A stretch of DNA of 64,000 nucleotides from Eledone cirrhosa (taxonomy: Eukaryota). Shown one piece after another: positions 41,290 to 55,126 of this stretch (the first letter of the stretch is position 1; each line of letters opens with the position of its first letter). The DNA lies in the NCBI GenBank assembly GCA_964016885.1, contig OZ024751.1, forward strand, positions 40,362,001 to 40,426,000, written 5' to 3'. The notes under the pieces were generated by a model. That model made no database searches and was not told where the DNA came from. It saw nothing but the letters and a program-made list of their open reading frames with translations. Position numbers and translations under genes: made by a program.

Positions 41290-41686
41290 TGGTATAGAGT
41301 TACGGCCCTTTGCGTTCTGAGTTCAAATATTGTCACGGTTAGCTTTGTCTTTCATCCTTGCGAGGTCGATAAAACAAAGTACAAGTAACGCACTGGGGTC
41401 GATAAAATAAAGTACCAGTAACGCACTTGGGTCGATTTAATTGACTTGACCCCCCCCCCCCATTCAAATATTGCTGGTCTAAATCAGAAACCATTATTTG
41501 TGGATTGGCAGTATCGGTAGAGGGTCAGATACCATGCTTTCCAGCATAGTTACGTCCCTTTACGATCTGAGTTTAAATCCCGCCGAGGTTGACTTTGCCT
41601 TTCATGCTTACGGGGTCGATAAAATAAAGTACCAGTAATGCACTGGGTAATTGCTGGCCTTGTGCCTAAAGTAGAAACCATTATTT
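41290..41686 (+). mobile_element. Two adjacent SINE copies (41290-41498 degenerate, 41500-41686 near full length)
   Basis: B boxes and bodies present; the second copy starts at the tail of the first. Confidence 0.85.
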
Positions 41687-41943
41687 AGCTAGAGTTCGGA
41701 TCCTTATTAGCAAGGTTCTCCTATCAGATTATGATGGAATATTCTTAGATAAATACAAATATTTTAACCATTTTGTAACCATAATTTTAATGAAAAACAT
41801 TTACCATGTTTTTAATATTTTTTTAATAATTAAGAATTTCGAGGTTTTAGTAACATTTTCTTAGGGTTGTGGGTGAAATATGTATGTATGTATATATGTA
41901 TATGCTACACACATATATAAGTATGTATATATATATATATGTA

Positions 41944-42017
41944 CAAGCTGTCCCCAAAAATGTATACATACTTTTATTAGAATGCTTTTGAAGTGTGTAT
42001 CCACTTTTTGGGACACC

Positions 42018-42020
<3 letters not shown>
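41944..42020. mobile_element. Tc1/mariner-type tiny MITE
   Basis: TA|CAAGCTGTCCCCAAAAATGTATACA ... TGTATCCACTTTTTGGGACACCCTG|TA. Confidence 0.7.
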
Positions 42021-42061
<41 letters not shown>

Positions 42062-42314
42062 TGTATATAACGAGGAGCAACTATTTACATTAATCACCGT
42101 TTGGAATCTACAGTCTTGTTGGATATTAAACTTCAGTTATTCATTCCTGAATTATCTGATTTAACTGTAAACAAACATTAACAGATCTTAAGATGGAATA
42201 TATTGTTTATTCTGAAATTTGGGAAGAATTTACCTTTTGCCATTCCTCACTTTAAGTGTATAACAATTCCTTTTTTTCGTCAAGTGATATTAGTCATTAG
42301 AATGGTACCGATAC

Positions 42315-42726
42315 CTATAGTACCTTAACGTACCAATGCCCGTTAGTAATTTAATGTACCAATGTTTATAGTACCTTAACGTACATATGCCTGTTAGTAC
42401 CTTAACGTACCAATGACTTTTAGTACCTTAACGTACCAATGCTTATAGTACCTTAACGTACCAATACCTGTTAGTACCTTAACGTACATATGCCTGTTAG
42501 TACCTTAACGTACCAATACCTGTTAGTACCTTAACGTACATATGCCTGTTAGTATCTTAACATACCAATGCCTGTTAGTACCTTAACGTACCAATACCTG
42601 TTAGTACCTTAACGTACCAATGCTTATAGTACCTTAACGTACCAATGCCTGTTAGTACCTTAACGTACCAATGCCTGTTAGTACCTTAACGTACCAATGC
42701 CTGTTAGTACCTTAACGTACCAATGC

Positions 42727-42728
<2 letters not shown>
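42315..42728 (+). repeat. 26-bp minisatellite, about 16 units
   Basis: GTACCTTAACGTACCAATGCCTGTTA and 25-bp variants. Confidence 0.9.
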
Positions 42729-42760
<32 letters not shown>

Positions 42761-42767
42761 TATATAT

Positions 42768-43077
42768 AGAATAAGGAGCAGATATTGCAATAGTCTGGAG
42801 TTCAAAGGCCCTCAACTCTTCAACAAGCTGCCAAGAAATTTGAGAGATCTGCATGGTGTGGACGTGGATGTTTTCAAGAAACATCTTGAAACCCTGCTAT
42901 CCAGGATCCCAGATGAGCCCACAGCACGGTACGAAGGTAACCTAAAGGCAACAGCAACGAACTCCCTCTTACACCAATGGCCAGCTAACACAGGCTGGAG
43001 ATAGAATGTGTAGCAACAAGGGCAGTGCTGCAACATAGCCTCAGCCCGATGGCTGGAACAGGTAAAAGAGTAAGAGA

Positions 43078-43078
<1 letters not shown>
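42768..43078 (+). mobile_element. CR1-group LINE 3' end
   Basis: NSLEFKGPQLFNKLPRNLRDLHGVDVDVFKKHLETLLSRIPDEP..NSLLHQ resembles the ORF2 C-terminus of CR1/L2-group LINEs; short repeated tail GTAAAAGAGTAAGAGAG. Confidence 0.75.
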
Positions 43079-43116
<38 letters not shown>

Positions 43117-44231
43117 CATATATAAAGGCATATTAAGATGACTGTGGGAAGAAATATTTATTAGACATGGTTTAAAATATGCCATCAATTTTCTCCCCAC
43201 GCACATTTTGTTGAAACGTTATGATTCGAAAACTTGAAGAAGATGTTGTGAAGCCTTACTGAACTGAATCAACTATCAGGCCGTAATTAGACATCAATAA
43301 TCCGTTGTTTAGATACTGTTATGTGTCAGTCACTTAACTTTTCACTGAATCAGAAGCTGCATGTTTTTAGACGTCTTCTAGATAGGCTCGGTACGTTCAG
43401 ACTCTTTATATAAATAAATACATTCTGTGGTTCTTGACACACAAGTTATTTTTAGAGTACCTCAAACCTTCAGAAATGCATATGTACCATGTAATTGTTG
43501 TTTGCCTGTCAGCTTGGGTGTATGTATGTATGTATGTATGTATGTATGTATGTATGTATGTATGTATGTATGTATGTATGTATGTATGTATGTATGTATG
43601 GATGGATGGATGGATGTATGTATGTGTATGTATGTATCACTATCAATATCACCATCAATATCACTATCAATACCACCATCACACTACTATTACCTTCACC
43701 ATCACCACCAGCACCACCACCACAATCAGCATCGCCACCACCACCACCATCACACCACAATCAGCATCGCCACCACCACCACCATCAATACCACCACTAT
43801 CATAACAACAACAACATTATGTAATGAAAGCACCATTATTACAAGACAAGATTACAAAGAGGGCCATATTTTCTCTCTACAGAGTTAAATGTTTTGGTGG
43901 TTAGTTCCAAGACAAAGAAAGGTTTTAATATTGAAATACAGAAATACTTCAATAGGTCTTTGTCTGGTGATAACTAATGGTTCTTCTTCTACCGTTGTCT
44001 ATCTCTCTGTCTCTCTGTCTCTCTCTCTCTGTGTTCCCCTCTCTATCTATATATAGAAATGTGTGTGTATGTGTGTGTATGTGTGAGGCGAAAATATCAA
44101 CAAGAAGAAAGAGCATTCTATATATAAACGGCGCTATGTACTTATGCAGGGTTGTCAAACGCTGGAACCTTTGGTTATTTTTTCCATTTCCAAACCGCCC
44201 GTCCTCTCAATCTTTCTTATTTCTCATTCTT

Positions 44232-44267
44232 TCTTCTGATGAAGGACTAGCGTCCTAAACGTTAAGA
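44232..44267 (+). ncRNA. Minimal hammerhead (family C) with core mutation
   Basis: CTGATGA-AGGAC(TAGC)GTCC-TAAACGTT|AAGA; GAAA changed to TAAA. Confidence 0.55.
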
Positions 44268-44351
44268 CCCTCTTCCTGCTATATCAAGTGTTAACCTAAT
44301 ATATCCCTTCCATATACTGTACCGATTGTGTTATTATTTCTGTTTACCTTT

Positions 44352-44962
<611 letters not shown>

Positions 44963-45058
44963 ATATATGTATATATATATATATGTATATATTATATATT
45001 ATATATATATGTATATATATATATTATATATTATATACATATATATTATATATATATG

Positions 45059-45089
<31 letters not shown>

Positions 45090-45131
45090 GTATATATATA
45101 TTATATATATTATATATATATATATTATATA

Positions 45132-45265
<134 letters not shown>

Positions 45266-45329
45266 TAACAGATTAAAGTTTAAGCAAAGAATCGCTGCTT
45301 TGGATTTTAGTCTTCAAATTTATTATTAT

Positions 45330-45369
<40 letters not shown>

Positions 45370-45390
45370 ATATATCATATCATGTTCTCC

Positions 45391-45461
45391 TGTTTTATCT
45401 GATGAAAACACAAATATTATTGCTTGATGATGTTTGTTTTTGAAATGCGCATAATAAAATA
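45391..45461 (+). ncRNA. Type I hammerhead ribozyme
   Basis: TGTTTTAT-CTGATGA-AAACACAAATATTAT(TGCTTG)ATGATGTTTGTTTTT-GAAA-T(GCGC)ATA|ATAAAATA. Confidence 0.8.
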
Positions 45462-45491
45462 TATGGAACTCCTTTAACCATCTTTTGATCT

Positions 45492-45552
<61 letters not shown>

Positions 45553-45829
45553 CAAATATATAGTTTTTAGTAATGTTGAATTAAAGACTTGTAAAGGTGG
45601 AACCTCGGCTGTATATTACACAGGGTCAACAGAACAAAGTACTCATTCTTGCAACTGTCAATACTATACGGATATAGTGATCATCACGTACAATTCTATA
45701 TAGACTCTAGTCTATTTCATGCCAGTATGTTCTGAGTTAGTGTTACTGATGAAAGATTAACACATGCGTTGTCTGACATTCTCAGAACATACTGGTAACT
45801 CGGTGATATATTCATCGAGGAAAATACAG

Positions 45830-45910
<81 letters not shown>

Positions 45911-46038
45911 AAGTTATATTTAAAATTGTTGGGTTACAACTAGTAAATATTTATAACTGATATAAAAGCACTCGACAAATACTTGGAGTATATTTACAAT
46001 ATTAAATAAATGGAAAACTATATTTATAAAACCATATT

Positions 46039-46104
46039 TATTTCATTATATATATTTCGGGGATATCATATTAACAATATGCTATGCCTTCATCAGACAA
46101 AATA
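46039..46104 (-). ncRNA. Type I hammerhead ribozyme (family B) in cassette 45908-46180
   Basis: Reverse complement CTGATGA-AGGCATAGCATATT..AATATGATATCCCC-GAAA-T(ATAT)ATA|ATGAAATA. Confidence 0.8.
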
Positions 46105-46191
46105 CAATATAAACAGTTTTATAGATAAATATATTCGACATACCGTAATAAACATCAACTTCATTTGAAGAGGTTCACTCTATATATATAT

Positions 46192-46328
46192 AGTTTTAAT
46201 ATAGTAGAGATTCTACAGGACTAGAACTGTTTCATTCTTTAGAAATCATCAGGAATCACAGTGATTCCTGATGATTTCTAAAGAATGAAACAGTTCTAGT
46301 CCTGTAGAATCTCTTCTATATTAAAACT
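46192..46328. mobile_element. Near-perfect palindrome (68-bp arms, 1-nt loop) with back-to-back HHRs (family F)
   Basis: 46192-46259 vs 46261-46328; the cassette continues to 46395; sibling at 58226-58406. Confidence 0.8.
46263..46311 (+). ncRNA. Type I hammerhead ribozyme (family F)
   Basis: GATTC-CTGATGA-TTTC(TAAA)GAAT-GAAA-CAG(TTCTAGTC)CTGTA|GAATC; GUA triplet; mirror copy 46209-46257 on minus. Confidence 0.8.
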
Positions 46329-46769
46329 TTTATACTCTGCTATGTATTGAGTACCTTACTTACTGTGGTTACCTCCGATTCAACCCGGAATAACGTATAT
46401 ATATATATATATATATATACATATAGTAATAATAATAATAATAATAGTAATAATAATAATAATAAATGTGAAGACTAAAATCCAATGAGGGCTCGATAAG
46501 GATAAATATATATCAAATATATAAGAACCCTAGAGCGTTTCAGAAGATCCCGTTAAAGGTGACAGCAGCGATTCTTTGCTTAAACTTTAATCTGTTATTT
46601 ATATATATATATATATATATATAGGAACAAGTATGACCCCGACGGCAGAGCTCAAGCCGTTTCGACGGCTAATTCTGGACTATATATATATATATATATT
46701 TGAAAAAAAAGAAAAGAATGACTTCACTTGTAGTGTTAAAAAATTTTATGATTTAATGTTATAATATAA

Positions 46770-46961
46770 TATAATTGTTTCTACTTTTGGCACAAGGCCA
46801 GCAATTATTCCAGTGTATTACTGGTACTTTATTTTATCGACCCCTTAAGGATGAAAGGCAAAGTTAACCTCGGAGGGTTTTGAACTCAGTCCGTAAAGGG
46901 ACGTAACTGTGCTGCAAAGCATGGCGTCCGACCCTCTACTGATACAGCCAATCCACCGCCC
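46770..46961 (-). mobile_element. Full-length SINE inserted into the loop of an inverted repeat
   Basis: SINE flanked by TATAATATAAT; flanks 46695-46770 and 46972-47048 are reverse complements. Confidence 0.85.
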
Positions 46962-47232
46962 TATAATATAATATTATATTATAACATTAAATCATAAAAT
47001 TTTTTAACACTACAAGTGAAGTCATTCTTTTCCTTTTTTACAAATATACCTAACTGTACCAAGGATCTCACACATTTTCCAATATATATATATATATATA
47101 TAGACGAAGAGGCAGTGATTTTCTCAATGGCTTGGATTCCAGTCCACGCTTCGCTATTTCCATTCCACTGAATTATTTTTTTTAATAAGTTTCCAGTGTC
47201 CTCGCTATGCCTGGAGACCTATACGGAAAAAG

Positions 47233-47315
47233 ACTTTCCTGATGACGGAATGATTTTCTATATGATTCTTCGGAAAATATATTTACTCCATTCCAGAAAC
47301 TAATTAGTTGGAAGT
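47233..47315 (+). ncRNA. Type I hammerhead ribozyme (family G)
   Basis: ACTTTC-CTGATGA-CGGAATG...CATTCCA-GAAA-C(TAATTA)GTT|GGAAGT; cassette 47102-47362 lies between TA tracts. Confidence 0.75.
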
Positions 47316-47356
47316 GATTTTTTAGTAAGTTAATTTTATAATTTTCTTATTTTACG

Positions 47357-47403
<47 letters not shown>

Positions 47404-47499
47404 AACGAGTAGGACCCCGACGGCTGAGCTCAAGCCGTTTCGACGGCTAATTCTGGACTCAGAATTCGACCTCAGCCGTCGGGGATACTGGCCAGGAAA

Positions 47500-47683
47500 T
47501 AATTGTTTCTACTTTTGGCACAAGGTCAGCAATTACCCCAGTGCATTACTGGTACTTTATTTTATCGACCCTGTAAGGATGAAAGGCAAAGTTAACCTCG
47601 GCGGGATTTGAACTCAGAATGGCAAGGGCCGTAACTCTATGCGTCAAAGCATGGCGTCAGACCCTCTACCGATACTGCCAATC
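47500..47683 (-). mobile_element. SINE (main family) with TSD
   Basis: CCAGGAAATAAT at 47492-47503 and 47684-47695. Confidence 0.9.
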
Positions 47684-48186
47684 CCAGGAAATAATGAACA
47701 GAGAATTGTGGAAAAGGGGCATCGTATCTTTGGTCTGAGGCGGGAGCCCAGTCTAACCAACAAATATTCTCGTTCCATTCCTTATGTATGATCAGCTTTT
47801 ATATTGCACATCATTCCATCACATATGTCATCAACCTCCCACCTCTGTTTTTCTTACATACTTCTCTGCTATATCCTGTCCAGTTCTTCTTCTAAATTCC
47901 ACCCCCATACCCTCTCCCTAAATTCCACCCCTACCTATCAAACTAACCTCTCCATATATCTATTTTCACATGCATATTTAAGCAGTACATTTACACAACC
48001 AGAGCCTCTGTGTGTTCGCTTGACATACTAGAAATAGCAGTCAAATCGCAGTCAAATAGCAGTCAAATAGCAGTCAAATAGCAGTCAAATAGCAGTCAAA
48101 TTATACGGGATAGTCACAGGTGGATCACCTTATAATTTGATCATAGCTACAGCTCTGTTGGATCCTGGTCTGATCTTGGGAGTTAA

Positions 48187-48546
48187 ATAACAACAACAAC
48201 AGTTACAACAACAACAACAGCATCATCAAGAACAACAGTAACAACAACAGTAACAACAACAGCAATAACAACAGTAACAACATCAGAAACAGCAATAACA
48301 TCAGTAACAACAACAGCCACAACAGCAACAACAGCAACAACAACAACAGTAACAACAACAACAGTAACAACATCAGTAACAACAACAGTAACAACAGTAA
48401 CAACAGTAACAACAACAGTAACAACATCAGTAACAACAACAGTAACAACAGTAACAACAGTAACAACAACAGTAAGAACAACAGTAACAACAACAGTAAC
48501 AACAACAGTAACAACAACAGTAACAACAACAACAGTAACAACAACA
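48187..48546 (+). repeat. (ACA/GTA)n trinucleotide repeat
   Basis: Direct inspection. Confidence 0.9.
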
Positions 48547-48875
48547 CGACATATTTTCACCTGTGACATCCTAATAGGTTTTCATTAACGTCATTTCATG
48601 TTTCTAACCTCATTACTCAGGTAAACCACTATCTACCTGCTGCTTACCTTTATCTCCTCCACCTCTCTCTCTCTCCTTCTCTCTCTCTCCACTTCTCTCT
48701 CTCTCTCTCTCTCCTTCACCTTCTTTCTTTCCCCATCTTCTCTCTCCCTCCCTCACCTTCTCTCTCTCTCTCTCTCTCTCTCTCATTCACCTTCTTTCTT
48801 TCCCCATCTTCTCTCTCCCTCCCTCACCTTCTCTCTCTCACTCACCTTCTCTCTCTCTTTCCTTCACCTTTTCTT

Positions 48876-48906
<31 letters not shown>

Positions 48907-49799
48907 TTCACCTTCTCTCTCTACCCTACCTTCTCTCTCTTTCTCCCTCACCATATCTTCCCCACTCCCTCACCATTCTTCACACACTCCACCACCACCA
49001 CCACCACCACCACCACCACCACCACCACCACCACCACCTCTATCGTCCCACTCTCTTCCTCTCCCCCACTCTCCCATTCTTCACACACTCCACCACCACC
49101 ACCACCACCACCTCTATCCTCCCACACTCTCTCTCTCCCCCACTCTTCCATTCCTCACACACTCCACCACCACCACCACCACCACCGCCACACCACTACA
49201 CCACCACCACCACCACCACCACCACACCACTACACCACCACCACCACCACCACCACCACCACCACCACCACACCACTACACCACCACCACCACCACCACT
49301 ACACCACCACCACCACCACCAGACCACCTTCACCACCACCCTCCCCTACTCCTCTATCTGCGACATACCCAAGAATGTCTCCGTCATTTCTTTCTGGCAA
49401 CAGAAGACGTCAATTCCTCCCTCAAACTTCCTGCAATCCTTAGATATATCTTTATATCTTTATATCTTTATATATTTATATATTTATATCTTTATATCTT
49501 TATATATTTATATATTTAAATCTTTATATATTTATATATTTATATCTTTATATCTTTATATCTTTATATATTTATATATTTATATATTTATATCTTTATA
49601 TATTTATATATTTATATATTTAAATCTTTATATCTTTATATATTTATATCTTTATATCTTTATATTTTTAGAAGTATTTTTATTTGTTAAGTATCTTATC
49701 TGTCTTCAGTAACTTCCAGAATAATGTCTTCGAGTTTAGACAAAAGGTCAAGAATTTTTAGAGGGGTGGGGTAGGGTGAAGTAGCTTAAATAAACCCCC

Positions 49800-49955
49800 A
49801 TTACGTGACTGGTACTTTAGTTTATCAATTCCGAAAAGATGAGAGACGAAATTGAAAATTGACCTCGGTGGGATTTGAACTCAGAACGTAAAGGGCCGTA
49901 ACTTTATGCCACAAAGCATGTTGTCCGACGTTCTACCGATTCTGCCAATCCACCG
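49800..49955 (-). mobile_element. Diverged SINE (main family)
   Basis: GGATTTGAACTCAGAACG..CTACCGATTCTGCCAATCCACC. Confidence 0.75.
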
Positions 49956-50123
49956 TCATATATAAATATTGATTTCTAATTTAGGCACAAGGCCAGCAGA
50001 ATTTAGGAAAGGGTAAAAAGTTGATTGAATCAGCCCGAGTATTTGACTGGTATTTTATTTTATCAACCTCCGGAAAGATGTAGTTGTTGTTATTGCAGTT
50101 GTTGTTATTATGCTGTGGTTGCT

Positions 50124-50171
<48 letters not shown>

Positions 50172-50942
50172 CTAGTAGTAGTTGTTGTTGCTGTAGTTAT
50201 GGTTGTATCTGTTTTATTTCTTCTCTCTGTGAAACTATTTTGGACTGTTGACAGAGCAGATTAGAAGCTTTCTTCACACTATAACTATCTACCTAGCCAT
50301 GAAACTTTATAAAGCTATCTTTATAAAGTTTATCATCTGGTCTCTGTCAGCCGCCATTACACACCAAATATATTTCTCTGTGACCTTCCATAATTATAAC
50401 CTTTTCGATATTTTTTTTTTACCAACGTAATACCATTAAAAGCTTATTTAATTGATTTCTTAATATGATACAACAAACTCAACTATGGAAGACAATCGAA
50501 GATATACTCTAAATATTTAACATAACGAAAGAAGGTCTAGTGTTACGCTTTAAACAACCAAGAATTCGTTGAAATCACATGATCTCTGATTAGAGTGTAT
50601 TTGGGATGTAATAGTGTATTTTTATTAAGAGTAGGGGAGCTGTTAATGTTATTTTGGCCATATTTAGTTGTTGCAATGAGTTATTAGAGTGTTATATTAG
50701 AAATATCTCGGAATTTGATCCAGCTAACCCCAGGTCAAATTTCGCCGAGGTCAGCTTTGCCTTTCCTCATTTCGCGGTCAATAAATAAAGAGCCAGTACT
50801 AGGATAGATCCCCACGCTCTTTATCTCTCTCTACGTGTGTGTTTGCGTGTGTGTATGTGTATGTATGTATATGTGTATGTGTATGTGTCTATATATATAT
50901 ATGTGTGTGTGTGTGCATGTATGTGTGTATACACACACACAA

Positions 50943-50983
<41 letters not shown>

Positions 50984-50984
<1 letters not shown>

Positions 50985-51130
50985 ATAATTGTTTCTACTT
51001 TTGGTACAAGGCCAGCAAATACCCAGTGCATTGCTGGTACTTTATTATATCGACCCCGTAAGGATGAAAGGCAAAGTTAACCTAGGCGGGATTTGAACTC
51101 AGAATGGCAAGGGTCGTAACTCTATGCATC
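50984..51130 (-). mobile_element. 5'-truncated SINE (main family)
   Basis: Body, B box and tail; AGTAATAAT on both sides. Confidence 0.8.
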
Positions 51131-51296
51131 AGTAATAATAATAAATGTGAAGACTAAAATCTGAAGGAGGGGTCAATAAGGATAATATATATTTTATCAG
51201 AAGATAATATGTATATTATCCTTATTCAGAAGATCCCGTTAAGGGTGAAAGCAGCGATTCTTTGCTAAAACTTTAATATGTTATTTTAATAAATAA

Positions 51297-51328
<32 letters not shown>

Positions 51329-51489
51329 GGGAATGAATATGACCGCAGCTAGTAAATAAGGACCCACACCCCACCCTCCCGCACCAAAATTAGACTTATC
51401 GTCCCCTACTTTTGCTCTTTACTCTCTTTACTCTTTGTTCTTGAATGTTTGGTTGGTAGAGTCCATAACACCAATCAAACCCCTTTTAT

Positions 51490-51536
51490 AGATCTGACGA
51501 ATCCTACGGTTACGTAAGGAAGAAACATCGTAAGCC
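51490..51536 (+). ncRNA. Hammerhead-like motif
   Basis: CTGACGA-ATCCTACG(GTTA)CGTAAGGAA-GAAA-C(ATC)GTA; stem I pairs poorly. Confidence 0.5.
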
Positions 51537-51600
51537 AATAAAAATCTTTTGATGTTGTAGACGCTCTTGTGTTCTTTATCATATATATATATATATATGT

Positions 51601-51634
<34 letters not shown>

Positions 51635-51963
51635 TTGTCTGTGTGTGTGTGTATGTGTGAGTGTGTGTATGTGTGTGTGAGTGTGTGTGTGTGTGTGTGT
51701 CTGTCTGTGTGTGTGTATGTCTGTGTGTATGTGTGTGTGTGTGTGTATGTGTGTGTGTATGTGTGTGTGTGTGTGTGTATGTGTGTATGTGTGAGTGTGT
51801 GTGTGTCTGTGTCTGTGTGTATGTGTGTGTGTGTGTCTGTGTGTGTGTGTGAGTGTGTGTAGTATCCAACCCCTAAGTCACTATAGAAAACAGACGTTGC
51901 TGATAACGATATGTGAAACATGTCACGGTCGATAGAGACTGAAAACATTTTAAAGTTAAACAC

Positions 51964-52023
<60 letters not shown>

Positions 52024-52068
52024 CATACATACATATATACGTAAATATTGTGTGTAAGAGTATATGTA

Positions 52069-52116
<48 letters not shown>

Positions 52117-52646
52117 GGGAAGAAAGAGGAAAACTGCGTGGTTGCACATGGGTTACATATTATAAAATTAGTCCCTCATCAGTGATTTGCCAACCATCAT
52201 TGGTATTTCATCGCATTAAAAATCATATACCTCAGGTTGGTGCGAGCAATAACTAAAATAAGCTATTGGGACAAGTGAATCGCGTAAAGCGAGTGAGACA
52301 AGTAAACAACATAGAAGGAAAAGCAAACCGAAGGTAGGAAAAAAGCAAGCAACATGATGGTTATCCGGTCAGCATAAGCTGGGTGAATTTCATGAGCGGT
52401 CAGAAAACAGACCGTTCGACGTGAAATATATATATATACATATATATAATATATAAGTAAAGGGATATTTAATTTGTTGGTAATTCAACAAATATATATA
52501 TTTATAACTGATTCGAAGCACTCGACAAGTTTTCTGGAGTATAATATCAATGATATTAAATAAATGGAAACTATATTTATTCAGGTAAAACTTGAACTGT
52601 TAAGATCTCCTTCCTGGATATGTCAATATTTATAAAACAAACTTTG

Positions 52647-52707
52647 TATTTTATCTGATGAGAGCGTACCAAAGTTTTGGTACCCTTGAAATATATATAA
52701 TAGAATA
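52647..52707 (+). ncRNA. Type I hammerhead ribozyme (family B relative)
   Basis: TATTTTAT-CTGATGA-GAGCGTACCAAA(GT)TTTGGTACCCTT-GAAA-T(ATAT)ATA|ATAGAATA; lies inside inverted arms 52548-52578 / 52722-52751. Confidence 0.8.
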
Positions 52708-52758
52708 AATATGGTTTTTAGAAATATAGTTTCCATTTATTAATATCATTGTTATATA

Positions 52759-52950
52759 TAATTATTTCTACTTTTGGCACAAGGCCAGCAATTATCCCAG
52801 TGTATTACTGGTACTTTATTTTATCGACCCCGTAAGGATGAAAGGCAAAGTTAACCTAGGCGGGATTTGAACTCAGATCATAAAGGGCCATAACTCTATG
52901 CTGCAAAGCATGGCGTCCGACCCTCTACCGATACTGCCAATCCACCGCCC
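52759..52950 (-). mobile_element. Full-length SINE (main family)
   Basis: Complete head/body/tail; TATATAAT flanks. Confidence 0.9.
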
Positions 52951-52978
52951 TGTATATAATATAATGTTAATGGAAGAA

Positions 52979-53195
<217 letters not shown>

Positions 53196-53200
53196 ATATA

Positions 53201-53231
<31 letters not shown>

Positions 53232-53278
53232 ATATATATATATATATAAGATCAAAAGATGGTTAAAAGAGTTCCATG

Positions 53279-53349
53279 TACTTTATTATACGCATTTCAG
53301 AAACAAATATCATCATGCAATAACATTTGCGTTTTCGTCAGATAAAATA
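53279..53349 (-). ncRNA. Type I hammerhead ribozyme (sibling of 45391-45461)
   Basis: Reverse complement TATTTTAT-CTGACGA-AAACGCAAATGTTAT(TGCATG)ATGATATTTGTTTCT-GAAA-T(GCGT)ATA|ATAAAGTA. Confidence 0.8.
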
Positions 53350-53448
53350 GGGAGACATGATATGAAGGTTAAAACACACTTGTGAATAGTGCAGTTTTAA
53401 ATCAACATATCATTGCTTTATTGTACTACAATAAAACTCACCTCCTAC

Positions 53449-53629
<181 letters not shown>

Positions 53630-53922
53630 TCTAAGGTGATGATTCACTATAGCACTACTCTGAGTATGTTCCTCAACTAATGATGATTCACTTCTCTACA
53701 ACTACCATAAGTTTTTCACATACCTGACAAACTGGTGCTACCTAACGAATGACTCGATAGCTTCCTATGAATAAATACCCTCAGCTACCTGTATTGAGTA
53801 CTTTTAATACACACACATACATATACATACACAAACACACACACACACACGCATATATATATATATATGCTTGTATATATGTATTTTTGTATGTGTATAT
53901 TTATCTATCTATCTATTACATC

Positions 53923-53970
<48 letters not shown>

Positions 53971-53971
53971 C

Positions 53972-54007
<36 letters not shown>

Positions 54008-54098
54008 ATCTATCTATCTATCTATCTATCTATTTATCTACCTATCTATCTATCTATTTACATATCTATCTATCTATCTATATCTATCTATCTATCAA

Positions 54099-54175
54099 AG
54101 GTCGTGTAGCTTAATGGTTTAGAGCGCTCAATCGGAATTTCAGAGGTACGGAGTTCAATTCTTCCTATCGGCTGC
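54099..54175 (+). mobile_element. Degenerate tRNA-like SINE head
   Basis: GGTCGTGTAGCTTAATGGTTTAGAGCG...GGAGTTCAATTCTTCC; cloverleaf does not close as a functional tRNA. Confidence 0.45.
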
Positions 54176-54732
54176 TGTCCACTTTTTCCCGTCTAAGGGG
54201 GTATTTCACTTTATTTTCTAAGCTATTATTGCTAGCAATAGACAGAGGTTACAGTCATTCTCTGCATTTGGGGTTTCAACATTCTCTAAGAGTTGATAAA
54301 TTATTAGTTAAATGAGGAGAAAAAATGGAGAAAAATACTAATAAAGTTGATAATAATACTATAATCATGGAGTGAAAATATTATGTTGACATAGATAAAG
54401 AATATACAAGGTTGTTGTGAAATGTGGTCACTTCTGTCACCACAACCCTTACTATTCATAATTTGGTCCTCTCTGAAACCCAACTATTTACAATTTCGTC
54501 CCTTCTGACCCTCCCACGTGAATTCTTTATAATTTGGTAACCTCTGGGACTTCCTCTAACTATTTTACAGTTTCGTCACTTTAGCCCCATCAAAACTATA
54601 ATTTGGTCACTTAAACCCTACCAAAACTACTGCCTCATCACTCTACCCCCACCAAAATACAATCTGGTCACTCAACTATTTAGTATTCACATTACTCTAC
54701 ATTTACTTTTATATTTTCACAGTAAAGGCTTT

Positions 54733-54891
54733 ATCTCACATAATATCTTACATAATATCTCACATAATATCTCACATAATATCTCACATAATATCTCACA
54801 TAATATCTCACATAATATCTCACATAATATCTCACATAATATTTCACATAATATCTCACATAATATGTCACATAATATCTCACATAATATC
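54733..54891 (+). repeat. 12-bp minisatellite TCACATAATATC
   Basis: About 13 units. Confidence 0.9.
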
Positions 54892-55126
54892 GAATCTATG
54901 AGATTTTGATATTATTTATTTTGAGAATAATACCTTAATATCAGTATGACCGGTCGGTTACAACCAGTTTGAACAGAAAGAGGTAAGAGAATTCTGGCCG
55001 GATATGGCCGGTTTAAATGCTAAAGAGTTAAACCCTACCAACTACAATATGGTCTCTTCAGCCCCAGAAAAACTACAATATAGTCTCTATTTAGAATTTG
55101 GTACGAGTTGATCGACAGCTAAAAAT

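Noticed and set aside
45720-45800. Hammerhead at CTGATGA 45746
   Set aside because: No GAAA/stem III follows (GACATT); at best a truncated remnant inside a short inverted repeat
54099-54175. tRNA gene
   Set aside because: A/B-box-like motifs are present but the acceptor and anticodon stems do not close; treated as a SINE head, like the other B-box hits
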